From Somniosus microcephalus (taxonomy: Eukaryota): a DNA stretch of 64,000 nt. Position numbers and translations under genes: made by a program. Under the pieces are notes generated by a model. That model was not told where the DNA came from. It ran no database searches and saw nothing but the letters and a program-made list of their open reading frames with translations. Of the stretch, positions 35,112-47,748 are shown piece by piece; position 1 is the first letter of the stretch, and the number at the start of each line of letters is the position of its first letter. The stretch covers positions 37,138,001 to 37,202,000 of the forward strand of contig CM126209.1 of NCBI GenBank assembly GCA_052327205.1. Direction: 5' to 3'.

Positions 35112-36867
35112 ATGACATTCATATTCCAGTAATTGTACTTCTAGAAAGACACATCTGCTAAATGACTTGCTGCATACTGCTTATTATTATTTTAGGTTAA
35201 ACTTAGATATTTCTCTTTTATTAAAATAAGTAATAGAAGATTGCGCGGCAATGCATTATGTTCAAACACCAAAGCATTGTACCATTGAATGGGGGCTAGG
35301 TACCGGACACCACATGGGGAGAGAGGGAAAATTCAAGGAACACTGCGCTGCACGTGTGTATCACATAGCAGCTGGATGGCTAAGCAAGGAGCACAGTAGC
35401 CCGCCCCGCCAAGATCGGTGGTCTGGCAAGGCCTGTTTGGGAGAAAAAGATTGGCGGGGGGGGGGGTGGGGGTGGAAGGGCAGCAGGGATATAGGACTAT
35501 CTTTTTTTTAATGTAGGGTATGAGAAAAATACATATAAAAATATTACCTCAGTGATAGTTTACCTATCGAATTTATAGTACTTCCTGTACAGTAAACTTA
35601 ATGCAGCCGTGATGTAGTAACTTATGCTGCCAGGCAGAGTGGTATGTTTGAATTCTGGTCCCCAGAAGTCACACACGTTTAAGATAGAATTTAGGACCCA
35701 GTACAATCTCCATCAGTTGTCTAGGCAAACAGATGTACGGATATCAGAAGGAATATTTTATGTTCTTACAAAGTTGAAATGTGAAGGTAAGGCAGGGATA
35801 TGTACAGTGAAACGGTTGTCAGCTTTATAGTTGACTGTTCCCAGACACCCTCTCAGCAGCTGATTAATGTGCACTGTCTCCTTTAAGCAATACTATAATC
35901 TACAGATCAACAACTACTGTTTTCAGGTGTTTTTTGTTACAGCTGTTACTAGCACAATGTTCTCGAATAGAACCATTTCCTGGCAAAGTAATTTTGAAGT
36001 TTTAGGGTTTAAAAGTTATTCATCAAAACTCAAAAATTCAAACATAATCCTTTGCCACTGCATGTAGTAGAGATCAATTTGTAACTAACTGGTTAAGGGA
36101 ACGATCATCTTAACTACCAAAATTTTAAGATATTTCTAAAAGGGATGCTGTTTTAAATGAGTTTTTGAGTAATATCAATTAATATTAAAGTTTTAAGATT
36201 TAGTGGCAAAGACCTGTTTAGTGTGCCTGTATCACACCCTAAAATATTATTTTTAATTTTTTTTTTAAACGCTTACCTATTTTTCTTCTCAACCCTCCTT
36301 TCCCAACGCACACTTGAACACGTGTGCGAACGCCTCCATACACACATACACTTGCGCTCTGTGCCCTTAGGTTATCCCATGATACTCATCATTCGCTGCT
36401 GAAAATATACAGATAACCTACACTGAGCTGTGCCAGTGCTGCTTTTAAACAAACCTCAAGATTAGGGTTATGGTGGCTGAGGATGACCCATCCTTCAATG
36501 TCCACTCCATCATTAGAAGGAAGGCAAAGCAGTTAAGACCAGATATTGATTATATGGGAATCATGGTGTATTAACTCTGAACTATAAAAAGCACGTTCCA
36601 TCGGCCTATACTACATTCTCAAAATGTTCTTCAGTGTTTAGCACCAGTTTTCACCTCCAAAATTTCATTAAATGCAAGATCTATGATGGAAAACATTAGC
36701 TGCTTAAAACTTTAACGATTTCTTTATTCCTTAAAAAGAATAGTCAATTCTTTCTTTAAATAACATGTTTCTTAAAACACGGGTCAGGGCATACACTGGG
36801 CTCTTGTCTCATGAACTACTTTAAATCAGAGACAATGGCTCCCTTTAAGTGCTGAAGGCCAACACTT

Positions 36868-37655
36868 ACAACAACAACAACAATTGTATTTATATCGTGC
36901 CTTTATGTGGTCAGAAGCTCATTTCATGGTCAAATATGACACCAAGGTTGCAAACAGTGTGGTTCAGCTTCAGACAGATGTTAGGGAGAGAGATGGAGTC
37001 AGCGGAGTTTGTGGCAGGGACCAAAAACAATGTTTTCCCAATATTTAATTGGAGAAAATTTCTGTTCATCCAGAACTGGATGTCGGACAAGCACTCTGAC
37101 GATTTAGAAACCATGGAGGGGTTAAGAGAAGAGGTAGTGAGGTAGAGCTGGGTGTTGTCAGCGTACATGGGGAAACTAACGCTGTGTTTTCGGATGATGT
37201 CGCCAAGGGGTAACGTGTAGATGAGAAATAGGAGGGGGCCAAGGATAGATCCTTGGGGGTCACCAGAGGGAGCAATGCAGGAGCGGGAGGCGAAGCCACT
37301 GCAGGTGATTCTCTGGCTACGATTAGATAGATAAGAATGGAACCAGGCGAATGCAGTCCCACCCAGCTGGACGACGGTGGAGAAGGATGGAATGGTTAAC
37401 CGTGTCAAAGGCTGCAGACAAGTCAAGAAGGACGAGGAGGGATAGTTTGCCTTTGTCACAGTCACTAAGGATGTAATTTGTGACTTTGATGAGAGCCGTT
37501 TCGGTACTGTGGCAAGGGTGGAAACCTGATTGAAGTGATTCAAACATGGAATTGCGGGAAAGATAGACACGAATTTGGGAGGCGACAACACCTTCAAGGA
37601 TTTTGGAGAGGAAAGGAAGGTTGGCGATGGGGCGGTAGTTTGCAAGGACGGAGGT
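36868..37655 (-). mobile_element. L2-type LINE fragment (RT) fused to its tail by deletion
   Basis: Frameshifted RT motifs [47 protein letters not shown]; (ttg)n tail at 36868-36885. Confidence 0.9.
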
Positions 37656-38151
37656 TAATGTAATAAATATGGTTGTACAGTACCATATTACACTATCTGC
37701 ACATTAGTTCTTGTGACAATGTAGTAAAAGTAAAACAAACACAGTTTGTGGTTGATACCAATACTAAATAATGTCAATATTAGTACAATCTCCTTTTACA
37801 TTTATCACCACTATGTTTTAAGCTCCTTGTCACTCAATATCAATAGTATAATCACCTCAAATGGCTATGCAAGTTACCATTTTATATGTTTGCAATATTT
37901 AACTACATTAAAATGCAATTAGTTGAATTCTTCTCCTTGGGCATACCAGTTAGCATTAAGCTGACTTTGGGTACATTTTCACCTTAATTTACTGTACGCA
38001 TATGATTTCAACAGCCTCTGAATCAGGTTTCATTAGGGACAGCATAAAATGATTCTGTTAAATGTATAATGTAAATAACAAATTGCAAGGGATTTATAGT
38101 TGCTAAACAATTGTAAACATTAAGGACACAACAAAGATTTATGGCAAATAG

Positions 38152-38590
38152 GTTTTTTTTTAAATTTGTTTATGGGATGTGGGCATCGCTGGTAAGGCCA
38201 GCATTTATTGCCTATCCCTAATTGCCCTTGAGAAGGCGGTGGTGAGCCGCCTTCTTAAACCGCTGCAGTCCGTGTGGTGAAGGTACTCCCACAGTGCTGT
38301 TAGGGAGGGAGTTCCAGGATTTTGACCCAGCGACGATGAAGGATCGGCGATATATTTCTAAGTCAGGATGGTGAGTGACTTGGAGGGGAGCTTGGAGGTG
38401 GTGGTGTTCCCATGCACCTGCTGCCCTTGTCCTTCTAGGTGGAAGAGGTTGCGGGTTTGGGAGGTGCTGCCGAAGAAGCTTTGGCGAGTTGCTGCAGTGC
38501 ATCTTGTAGATGGTACACACTGCAGCCACGGTACGCCGGTGGTGGAGGGAAGTGAATGTTTAAGGTGGTGGATGGGGTGCCAGTCAAGTT
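38152..38590 (-). mobile_element. Non-LTR retrotransposon 3' fragment (CR1/L2 group)
   Basis: ORF 38218-38529 ends RSFIVAGSKSWNSLP...FKKAAHHRLLKGN*, followed by a short 3' UTR with AATAAA and an A-tail. Confidence 0.8.
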
Positions 38591-40058
38591 TCTATAAAAT
38601 AGAACTAGGAAAAATACTTACATGCATAAAACAGGGAGAATGTTTTAGGTAGAGCAAAGTAACTTAGTATACTGCACCATTAATGTACACTTTTTGTTGC
38701 AGTAATCACCAAAAGAAAATTCATTATTACAGCTCCTGTGGGTTGTGGTTAACAGCAGCAATTTTTCACTGAGCTGCAGGTACATTAAAACTTACATCTT
38801 TTCTTAAAACATAAAATCAATTGATTACCAGTTTCCAGGCAGTTATGTGTGACTGACATTTCTGATACCGTCACGATACGCAGTTACTAAGATGTTGCTT
38901 TTGTTTTAAGATAATTCAAAATGTTCCTATGTTAAGGTAAACCTAGATGATGTAATGTAAAACAGAACATGCCGCAAATGTACTCAACAGTAATAAACCG
39001 CAGACCGTACTATTGAGTTTAATATTGTTGCAATTTTATTTTAAAATAGCTTTGAATAAATTCAATTTTTTTAGATAGACAATTATTGTTCGAACACTTC
39101 ACTTCCCTTCACAAATCCAGTTTAACTGCCAAGTTAGACCATGTCCTTCTGCATTACATGTATGTTGAGCTTGGTTGCTGTTTCCTGTCATTGCTTGTTA
39201 TAGCATTTCAATATGGAAACCCAGAGACAGATTTAAATTGCTCTTTACTTAAACAATGTCACTATTCATGCACACCAGATCCATAGTACCACACATTAAT
39301 TCTGGATACACTAAAACAAAGTCTTGCATGAATAACTACAAAACTAAAATAGGACTCTATAATGGTTTTCTTTACCTTAACACAAGACATCAGTTTACTA
39401 TACTTATATCCAACAAATTTCACACATTTATATTCTAAATTACCTATAACATCAAATCCATAAAATGCAAACCATTTCCCTACCCTTTCAATAGAGTTGT
39501 TCTATCATATCAAAATGGTTCAATAAAATGTAATATCTCAGATAGCCATAACCAACTTGAATCTAAACACAAAGGATACCCATTTCCACACTAACATCAA
39601 GATTACTCCACCATAAGCGAATATAAAACATTAATGTATGAAGGGGGTATTACATTCAGTCAATACTTTAATCCCTTTCATCCAATCAGCAACTTTGATG
39701 ATACAAATCCCTAGAATTTCTCCCTAGCCCCTAATCTTCATAGGCCATGTATCCTCTGTAGCCAAGATGACAGGTCGGCAATCCGTTCCCAGACTTCCAT
39801 CAATGCTGAGTTAACCACAAAGAGGTCTGCAAAGTGACCTGGAGTTGACTTTTCTTGCCCTGTTCCCCATGTTGAGCTGCCTGGTCTGCACTCAGCACTT
39901 ACCCACAGCAATATGGATGGGGATTGGAGTGCAGCAGCATGAGGAAATTGAAATTAGACATTGTCATTCCCCAGAGTACAAATCATTTTACTTTATTTTA
40001 AATAAACTGTGCAATTTTTCATTCTATAAGTTATTTATTTATTACAACAAAGCACCTC

Positions 40059-40134
40059 ACACAAGGAATTAGTTCCTACATTACAACAGTGACTACACAC
40101 AAGGAATTAGTTCCTACATTACAACAGCGACTAC
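40059..40134. repeat. 38-bp tandem duplication at a SINE junction
   Basis: acacaaggaattagttcctacattacaacag[t/c]gactac x2. Confidence 0.85.
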
Positions 40135-40228
40135 ACTTCAAAAGTACTTCATTGGCTGTAAAGCACTTTGGGATGTGCGGTGGTCATGAAAGGCGCTATA
40201 TAAATGCAAATTTTTCTTTCTTTCTATT
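40110..40228 (+). mobile_element. Deu-SINE 3' tail (5'-truncated, young-looking)
   Basis: ttcctacattacaacagcgactacacttcaaaagtacttcattggctgtaaagcactttgggatg...gaaaggcgctatataaatgcaa. Confidence 0.75.
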
Positions 40229-40239
40229 TTCGAATTGCA

Positions 40240-40618
40240 GTCACTGCTGTATTTGCCTACATAAAAACAGCCACTTTTGGTCAACGATAAACAGCCAGAT
40301 GGTGGGCAATCTGGTTTTAAATGGTATGGGTCGATGGTGCTACTGGTTGAAGGAAGAATGTTTCTCCAGATACTGGAAGAATTTTCTGTTGTTCTTCCAA
40401 CAGTGTGATGGATCTTTACCATCTACCTGAACCACTGTACCAGACAGATGGGACCATGGTTTAACATCTCATCCAAAGGCCAACACCTCCCATAAAACAG
40501 TGCTCTTTCAGTACTGCACTGCAATGTCACCTCAAATTATGTGCTCATCATCTGGTGTAAGGCTCCAATCCCCAACTCTGGCCCAGAAGTGAGAATGCTA
40601 CGAAGTGAGCAAAGCTTA
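40240..40618 (-). mobile_element. Deu-domain SINE, degenerate
   Basis: Colinear with 1040-1415 (ggttgaagga...ggtttaacatctcatccaaag...cacctcc...cagtactgcactg...attatgtgct). Confidence 0.65.
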
Positions 40619-41159
40619 CAGTGCTCGGCCTGCTCTCGTTTTCTTTCAGCTCTTTCTCATATCTGTGTCTACATTAAATGGCTTCTGTAAGCCCACTTAA
40701 TGTCAGCGTCAGCCTAGTATCATGAGTTTTGCTGACAAATTGGACAAGATAAAGGGACTCCACAGAGTGTGCAATTACTGGATAGAACAAGTGCATTCCG
40801 GAGTAATTCATTTTGAAATTATCTTCAGAAATGAGATTTGCAATGCAATCTCCAGAGGGCATTTCCTAAAATCAACTTAATAACAAGAATACTCCTCAGA
40901 GAATAAAATAAATCATTACCATACTTGAAATTAAACATACCCAGACCAGGTGTAATAATAGCTGCACAAAGGAAACATTGTGTGCAGATGAAAGAAAACA
41001 AGTAAATTTCTTTCCAACGTTATCATTTTTATTTCCCCATCTTTAGAGTTTACAAACTCTTAATTTTGCATATACACAATCAGATCCTCTTATAGGACCT
41101 GATGTTCTTGTTGACTTCATTACATCAACCACCAGACTGGCTCATCACCCTGTACTTAC

Positions 41160-41234
41160 TTATTTTGTTACCATCATTGGCTGTCTCTTCTGCCCCATCA
41201 CTGTCCTCTTCATTGTCCCCTGATGAAATGGCAT
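41160..41234 (-). CDS. FGFR2: FGFR2 exon 4, acid box
   Basis: ttttcttccag|AT GCC ATT TCA TCA GGG GAC...AAA ATA A|GTAAGT; 75 nt, phase 1-1; DAISSGDNEEDSDGAEETANDGNKI. Confidence 0.95.
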   Translation of the reverse strand: MPFHQGTMKRTVMGQKRQPMMVTK

Positions 41235-42143
41235 CTGGAAGAAAACCATATTCTGTAATCTCCCCAAGATTATGAAAATTTGATATTTGCAAAATGTTTC
41301 TAAAGTATTTCTCCCTCCTCCACCTGCACCCCCCCCCAACCCTGCAGATGGTCAAAGGGCATTAACCCTATTCCCAATTGATTTGTAACAGTAAAATAAT
41401 TAAAATATCACAATATTCATAATTGGAGTCAGTACATAATTAATCGTTTTCGGCTTTGGTGGTTTAAATTGTCCCCTCCCAGGCCAAACACCATTTTAAG
41501 CAGCTCCAACACTGCCTACTGGAAGGATCACGGGAGATGCTTGGCATGACTTGCCTGCAGTTCAACTCCTCCCTTTGATGACTCAGCTAAAATAAGGAAC
41601 TCACTTTGTGGGGCAATCATGGCTACAGTGGTGCCTTAAATTTTAATCAGGAAGTGTACTAAAATCAACAATCACTACACTGAAAAGATACTTACAAAAC
41701 ACACAAGATACTCACATTTGAGTAGCCCTTCCAGATGCAAACTAAAACAGCAAGGCGTATATTTTTCTCTAAAAACTGATAAATGAGACCAGCTTAATTA
41801 AAATGCATCCAAACAGAATGATCTGATGTGTGGCAAGCCTTATACTCGTTATTACTGCGGCATATACTATTACAGAAAGTGTACAGGTATTGAAATAGAA
41901 CAACTCTCGAGTCCGAGGACAACCTGCATCACCCTTTTTGAAAACTGCCATATTCCTGACAGCCAGCCCTGCCACACAGTCTGCCAGTTTGGGTTTCAGT
42001 TTCGATTTGTCCACAATGCCAAGTAAAGTTAATTAGATTTTTTTCCCCCAAGCCTTAAATAAATTCTGTCTGGAGAGGCAACTAGGTCAGCATAAATTTT
42101 AAGCTTTATTGAATTTCTAGGATCCAGTTCAAATGTTACTCAC

Positions 42144-42413
42144 CTGTAATATTTACAACGAAGTACACTGTATCACTGCCTATTGGTCTAATTGCAGTAC
42201 AAGCATAGAGGCCCGAATCCTCATGCGTGGCATCACTAATCTGCAAGTACTCTCTGATTATGTAAGTCTTATTGCTGTACCCCAACTGTTCCCCATCTTT
42301 AGTCCAACTGATGCTCTGTACATCCTCTTTCAATGGACATTGCAACTGAAGCAAATCTCCTGGATGCGCTGTGTGCACTTCAGGCTGAGAGATTTGGTAG
42401 TTTGATGGAGGTT
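42144..42413 (-). CDS. FGFR2: FGFR2 exon 3, Ig-like domain I
   Basis: tttgcag|AA CCT CCA...ATT ACA G|GTGAGT; 270 nt, phase 1-1; [12 protein letters not shown]...C...WTKDG...DSGLYAC...VNIT. Confidence 0.96.
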
Positions 42414-42578
42414 CTGCAAAGCAAGAAAAGGAAGGAAGGTATGGGAAGGAAAAGGAAAGTTGCAATATAGGTCAGAAAATCTGACTTCAGTTGATGCCCC
42501 ATTTTGCCTTAAAAATAAGCAGTGGTAAGCCAAAGTTTAACATTAGAAATTAAACCACATCTGCCACTTAGACTCATT

Positions 42579-42722
42579 GGGGGTCATTTTTAACTTTTTG
42601 CAATAGTGTAAAACGGATGATACTGGCAGTCAATGGAAGCGAGACTCAGTAGAAAGCATATGAAGGGCGGCCAATCCGATATCACCCGTTCTACACTATT
42701 GCCAAAAGATAAAATTACCCCT
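42579..42722. mobile_element. Short fold-back MITE with ATT TSD
   Basis: att|gggggtcatttttaactttttgcaatagtgtaaaacggatgata ... tatcacccgttctacactattgccaaaagataaaattacccct|att. Confidence 0.75.
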
Positions 42723-43159
42723 ATTGACTTTGCTTATTTACACAAGGAGCAGCATGCAGCAGATATCTAGCACATCTATTTAGAAATAGAAACTCAAACC
42801 ACAACAAAATTTAAAACAAAATCAATTACAAGTTCCCAGCAAAGCTTTTTGTTGAGTGTTCCCAACAAACTGAAAACATGGTAGCACATTGAAATACATC
42901 TACTAGCTTTGCCTTAATATGCAACAGATACGGTTTTTCATATTTGTCTGACTATTTTCCATTTCTGGTAGCTATAAAAAGATTTTTTTTTTTTTTTTTT
43001 TTTATAAACTGAGATATTAAATAAACATGATATTGCAAAAGCTTACAGAACATGAAGATAATCTCAAGACAAAGGAATTAACAGCATTATTTGGTGCATT
43101 ATTTTGCAAAACCAGTAGTTCTGCACAAAATAACAAAATGCGAAGTAGAAGAAAAACAA

Positions 43160-43680
43160 CTGCCCTGAAATTCCTGGGATTGGAGGGGTCGTAAGGAGGG
43201 GTTACGCCCGGGGGAAAGGATAGAAAATGGGCCGGATTTTGGCTCCGTTGGATTTCCACCACTTTTCAACTAGTAATTCCAGATGTGGAAGCTGTGGGTG
43301 GATCTTCCATTGCCCTGCTCACGTCAAAGTGGCATGTTGGGGGGGGGGGGGGGGTGCAGAGGGAAGAAATATGTGAGTTCCTGGGCTTTCCCGGAAATTC
43401 TTCCCTTTATGCCCCTGAAAGGTTTCAGTGGTACTCACACCAGTGGAATCGTGGTCCAAGCTCCCTTTGAGATCTTGTTGGAAGGGGATCGAGTACCTTC
43501 CCTCATCAGAATGGCTCCAGTGCATTAAAAATTAAAAATAAATTTCTTTGATGCATTTGGCCTCCTTGCCTTGGAAGGGCAGATCAGCTCAAGTAGTGGC
43601 AGCCACTACTGACTGCACTCTTGCAGATGCCAGCGGCATGCCCCAACTGTGCAAATGACCCGGAAATGTGGGCCAGGGTC
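43160..43680. mobile_element. Degenerate GC-rich MITE-like element
   Basis: gccctgaaattcctggg ... cccggaaatgtgggcc imperfect termini; GC-rich island. Confidence 0.4.
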
Positions 43681-45529
43681 TCCGTCCGGCCTTGTGCAGT
43701 GGTTCAGTTACACAGTGGAAGGCACAGGTCCCGTCCCGCACTCCATTATGTTCCTGGTCTGAGTTATAATGTATCAGAAAGGAGTGGTGAGAAGAGGCTG
43801 AGCACAGAGGACATACCTCCCAATAGAGGGGTGAAGTGATATGTGGGAGGCTAAATCAGATAGATAGTTGTTGCTGAGCCAATGTCAGGTTCCTCTTAGT
43901 AACTGGCTCAAGAACAGCACGGGCAGATGCTTGGGACCAGATACCCAGTGCCCTCTTTCTGACATAGGAGGTGCATGGAGAAACCCCAATATGGAAATAA
44001 ACAAAAAGATCAAATTAATAGACCATTCATATGCTTTCCAGGCCATGCAGTACAGATAACAAATATATTATCTTGATCTTGAGGGGTCATTTTTCTTTTA
44101 AGTTTAGTCTTTTATATCTTACTAAATTATAAAATTGCATAAGAAACAGAAGTCATTTTCCAACAGAATGACATATGTTAAGAGAAACCTGTCTTAGACA
44201 TGTCTCTTTAATTAAGCTGTAATTATGTTAAGAAAATTACTCCTGGGCTTTCTTGTTTCAACAAGGAACTGCTATAATGAATCACCAAGTATTTCTTGCA
44301 CTACACTACACCAAGACTGCGAGAGGCAATTTGATATGACTGGCGTCTACATTCCCAGATGACAAAGTGACTGCAAAATTACTTTTAATTGTGCTCTGGG
44401 TGAAAAAGCCTTGAAGGAACAACATTTCATAAGGCGAGGTTCTTCAGAGACATAAAAACAATAATTACTCATTTGCTGACTCCTGAAGCAATGAGCTCCA
44501 TCTCCCTTCTGTCAATTCTTTGTTGCAAGTTAGTAAGCTGCATTTCTGACTGGTTCTATAGAGAACCATTCATACTTTAATTGAGATACCACCCCAACCC
44601 CACCCCACCCATACAAAGAAACATAATCAATTATGTATTTGCAACTTTCCTGGGATCCCCTCAACCTCACCTTCCCTCATTCTGCTCGGGGTTAAAGTTT
44701 TATCAGAAACATAAAATACAACAAAACTTCTATATTAAGGACACAAATGCTATGTTCATAAACCCTGTGCTAATATTTTACACCAAAGGAAATAAAAAAC
44801 ACTTTTTATATTACAAGAATATGAACTACATGCAGCATACTCCAGTGACATCACATGGGGAAGAATTGCTCAGACTGCAAGGCAAATTTGTAGACATGTT
44901 CTTTTCAAATGTGTTCATGGTGTTCCACATAGTGAAAAGGCAATTATTCTCCCCACAAGAACCCTACATATGCTGCCTACCTTCTACATAAGAAAAAAAA
45001 TTGCATTTAACAGAAACAATGAAATCTTCTTGTCATTATAAAGCCCAGCACTGCCTACAGAATGGAGTATAGCATAGGCAGTGAAGCATTAATTGGGTTA
45101 GATCACACAGGAGAAAGAACTCAATTACCTTACACTCAAATTATTTCTCAGCTAAGCAATATTTCCAAATATAATACCTTATGTGGATGATGTGTTATAT
45201 TTATTAAAGAAATCATAAAATTAAGGAGTTTTTTTTTTTATTATGCACAAGCCTGATCTACTCCCTTAATGATTCAAGATAATCATACTCCAATGGTCTG
45301 AAATCCTCAGAGACAGATTAAGAAATCTTGGGGCTCGGGCACTAAAAACATTCGGGCTCCTCTGGCCATTAAAACACAAATGGGTGGTAAAATGGATAAA
45401 GAAATATGCCCGTACATACTGCATTAATAAATTAAAATCATCATATCACATATACTACGCTTAAATTAAACTCCCCTCTGGTAGGGCCCCATAGACCCAT
45501 GCATTATTCCACAATTGGAATCCTCTCTA

Positions 45530-45685
45530 TCACCCACTCCGCCTTTAAAATCTACCTCTTTGATCAAGCTTTAGGTAACCCCTCCTAATAGCTTCTTCTT
45601 TGGTTCAGTGTCCATTTTTTCCTTATGCCTCTGTGAAGCATCCTGAGACGTTTTTCTATGTTAAAGCCGTTATGTTGTTGCGTTT
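45530..45685 (+). mobile_element. L2-type 3' tail
   Basis: aaaatctacctctttgatcaagctttaggtaacccctcctaat...tgaagcatcctgagacgtttttctatgttaaag; homologous to about 28010-28160. Confidence 0.65.
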
Positions 45686-45770
45686 ATATATGCTTAGAAA
45701 AAAAGAGTAGACGCTTCAGAAAACACACTTTCAATTATAAAATTCCACCCAAATTCAGTTTCGGACTAAG

Positions 45771-46458
45771 GGGCCCTGAATTTGCGGTCGGAGGCTCCCC
45801 ACGGGCGGATGCCTCCAACCAGCAAAAAATCTACGCACTTACCTGATGGTTCCGGAGGTTTGGACACTTGCGCTCCTGATCCTCTATGCGTAGGCTTGTG
45901 TAGAGGCCCACATAACCCGGGGCGCATGGGATCACGTGGGCCGGCCCAACCAATGAAAGAAAGAGATCCCCATTCATGCTCATCGGGATTCTGTATGTAC
46001 GGAACTCCCATAAGTATGAATGGGAATACGCCCAAAAATACACGTACACTTCAAATAATTTTTTTTAAATCACATTTAAAATTAATCAAAATGGCATTTA
46101 ATTAAATATTTAAAACAAAAATTTAATTTTTTGAAAAATAAATGTACATATTTTACATATTTTAAAGGGGCTAAAAATAAACGTATCTTATTTCACAGGT
46201 TTTTAAACGTATAAATGGATAACATTTTATTTTTATGTTTTTTAAAACTCTTTACGCCTGCTTTTACCAGACATAAGAATTTCACGGGCATTCGCTAGGC
46301 AGAAGTTCTCTGCCCGCGGATGCCCTTTTCCCGGGGATGCAGAGGATCTGTCAAGAAGATACTTGACAGATCGCAAGTTCCGGGTTTTCACGCATGCGCT
46401 TCACATGCCTAAACCCAGAACTTGCGTGTGCACCCGTAGGGGCCGCAAATTACGACCC
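45771..46458. mobile_element. PIF/Harbinger-like MITE with AT-rich core
   Basis: aag|gggccctgaatttgcggtc ... ggccgcaaattacgaccc|aag; CpG-rich ends and internal hairpins. Confidence 0.65.
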
Positions 46459-47692
46459 AAGATTTCTTATAATTGCTTGTATACTAGAAACTCATTTTGA
46501 AATTCTACATTTTTTTTTTGAGCTATCTACATTCCTTACTGTATTATTTTAGACTTAGAGAGAACTTCAAGCCATTTCTTCATATCTTTCTGAAACTGTG
46601 TACTTTACAAAAACACTGCCTAGTGTTTGTTTGACTCAACCATCATATGTTCACATCTTCATAAATGATAGTCCTGGGTAACTTGACCTAGTGTCAGTAG
46701 TGATTTGACTGCATGTACATTCTTCCTTTAGCATGGTTGTCTTTTAGCTTTAATGTACTGTGGTTGAACTCCATTATCTGCTACATTCTTAATTCTACAT
46801 GGGAAACTATTGCTTTTTCTCTTCTGAATAGGGATTGACATTTCAGACTTCTTTACTGGTAGAATGAATTTTGGGCTTCAAGTTATGGAAAGCAGAGTAG
46901 AGTGGATTTTTGTTGTCACTTTAGTAGCAATAGGTGCAAGGTGAAAAAATAAGGAATTCAGTATATGGTATAACTTTCATTGAAAAATATTGATGTTTTG
47001 CAACAAAAATCATTATGTCAGTTGTTTTGGTCACAGCATTTTATGGAAAATGATGTTGTTTCGAGTACCTGCAATATTTGACTGGGACTTGGAAAATGAT
47101 AATCAAGAGGTGGTGTTGGTATACTGAAACAGGACAACACGATGTCACGGATTGGGAAGAGACAGCTTCCCTCCAACCTTCCCATGGGAGTTTAGGCTGT
47201 CCAGGAGAAGCACGAAACACGGAGAGGTGGGGCAGGCATAATCAATAAAAAATATAATTGCCCAAATAAATGAATCTATTCAAAAGAACTGCAAACAAAA
47301 AGAAAGTAAGTATAGTCCACTCTGCTCTGAACTGAACATTTGGAAGAACTGTAAAGCTTTCTGTGATTTTGCTTGTAGAAGTTCTACATGCCACTAAAAG
47401 AAAATAGGATGACAGGCTCTTAAAAGATTTCCTCCTTGGCAGGACTTCTAGCATCAAGCAGCTGGCGCAACCGGTCACACTTACTATAGACAGGAAGGAG
47501 CAAACGATCCAACCTAACTCAAACAACCTACAACCACAGAGACAGGAGGCAAGTGCCAAACACTACACCACAGGTCCACTGTGTACAAGTAACATTTATA
47601 GCTTTTTTTTTCTTTAATGGAATTATATAATTTTGTTAACTTTCTAACTCTTCCATATGTTAAGGCTATCCCACTGTTGGTCTAAAACGGAG

Positions 47693-47748
47693 GAACTGAG
47701 GATTGCTTTTTGGATAAGCTGAACTGAGGATTGCTTTTTGGATAAGAT
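47693..47748. repeat. 28-bp tandem duplication
   Basis: gaactgaggattgctttttggataag[ct/at] x2. Confidence 0.9.

Noticed and set aside
39280-39720. G-poor, strand-skewed stretch resembling a mitochondrial insertion
   Set aside because: No recognisable mitochondrial gene, tRNA or rRNA motif; composition alone is insufficient.
40059-47748. 28-38 bp direct repeats as CRISPR-like arrays
   Set aside because: Only two adjacent units each, no spacers, and a eukaryotic context.
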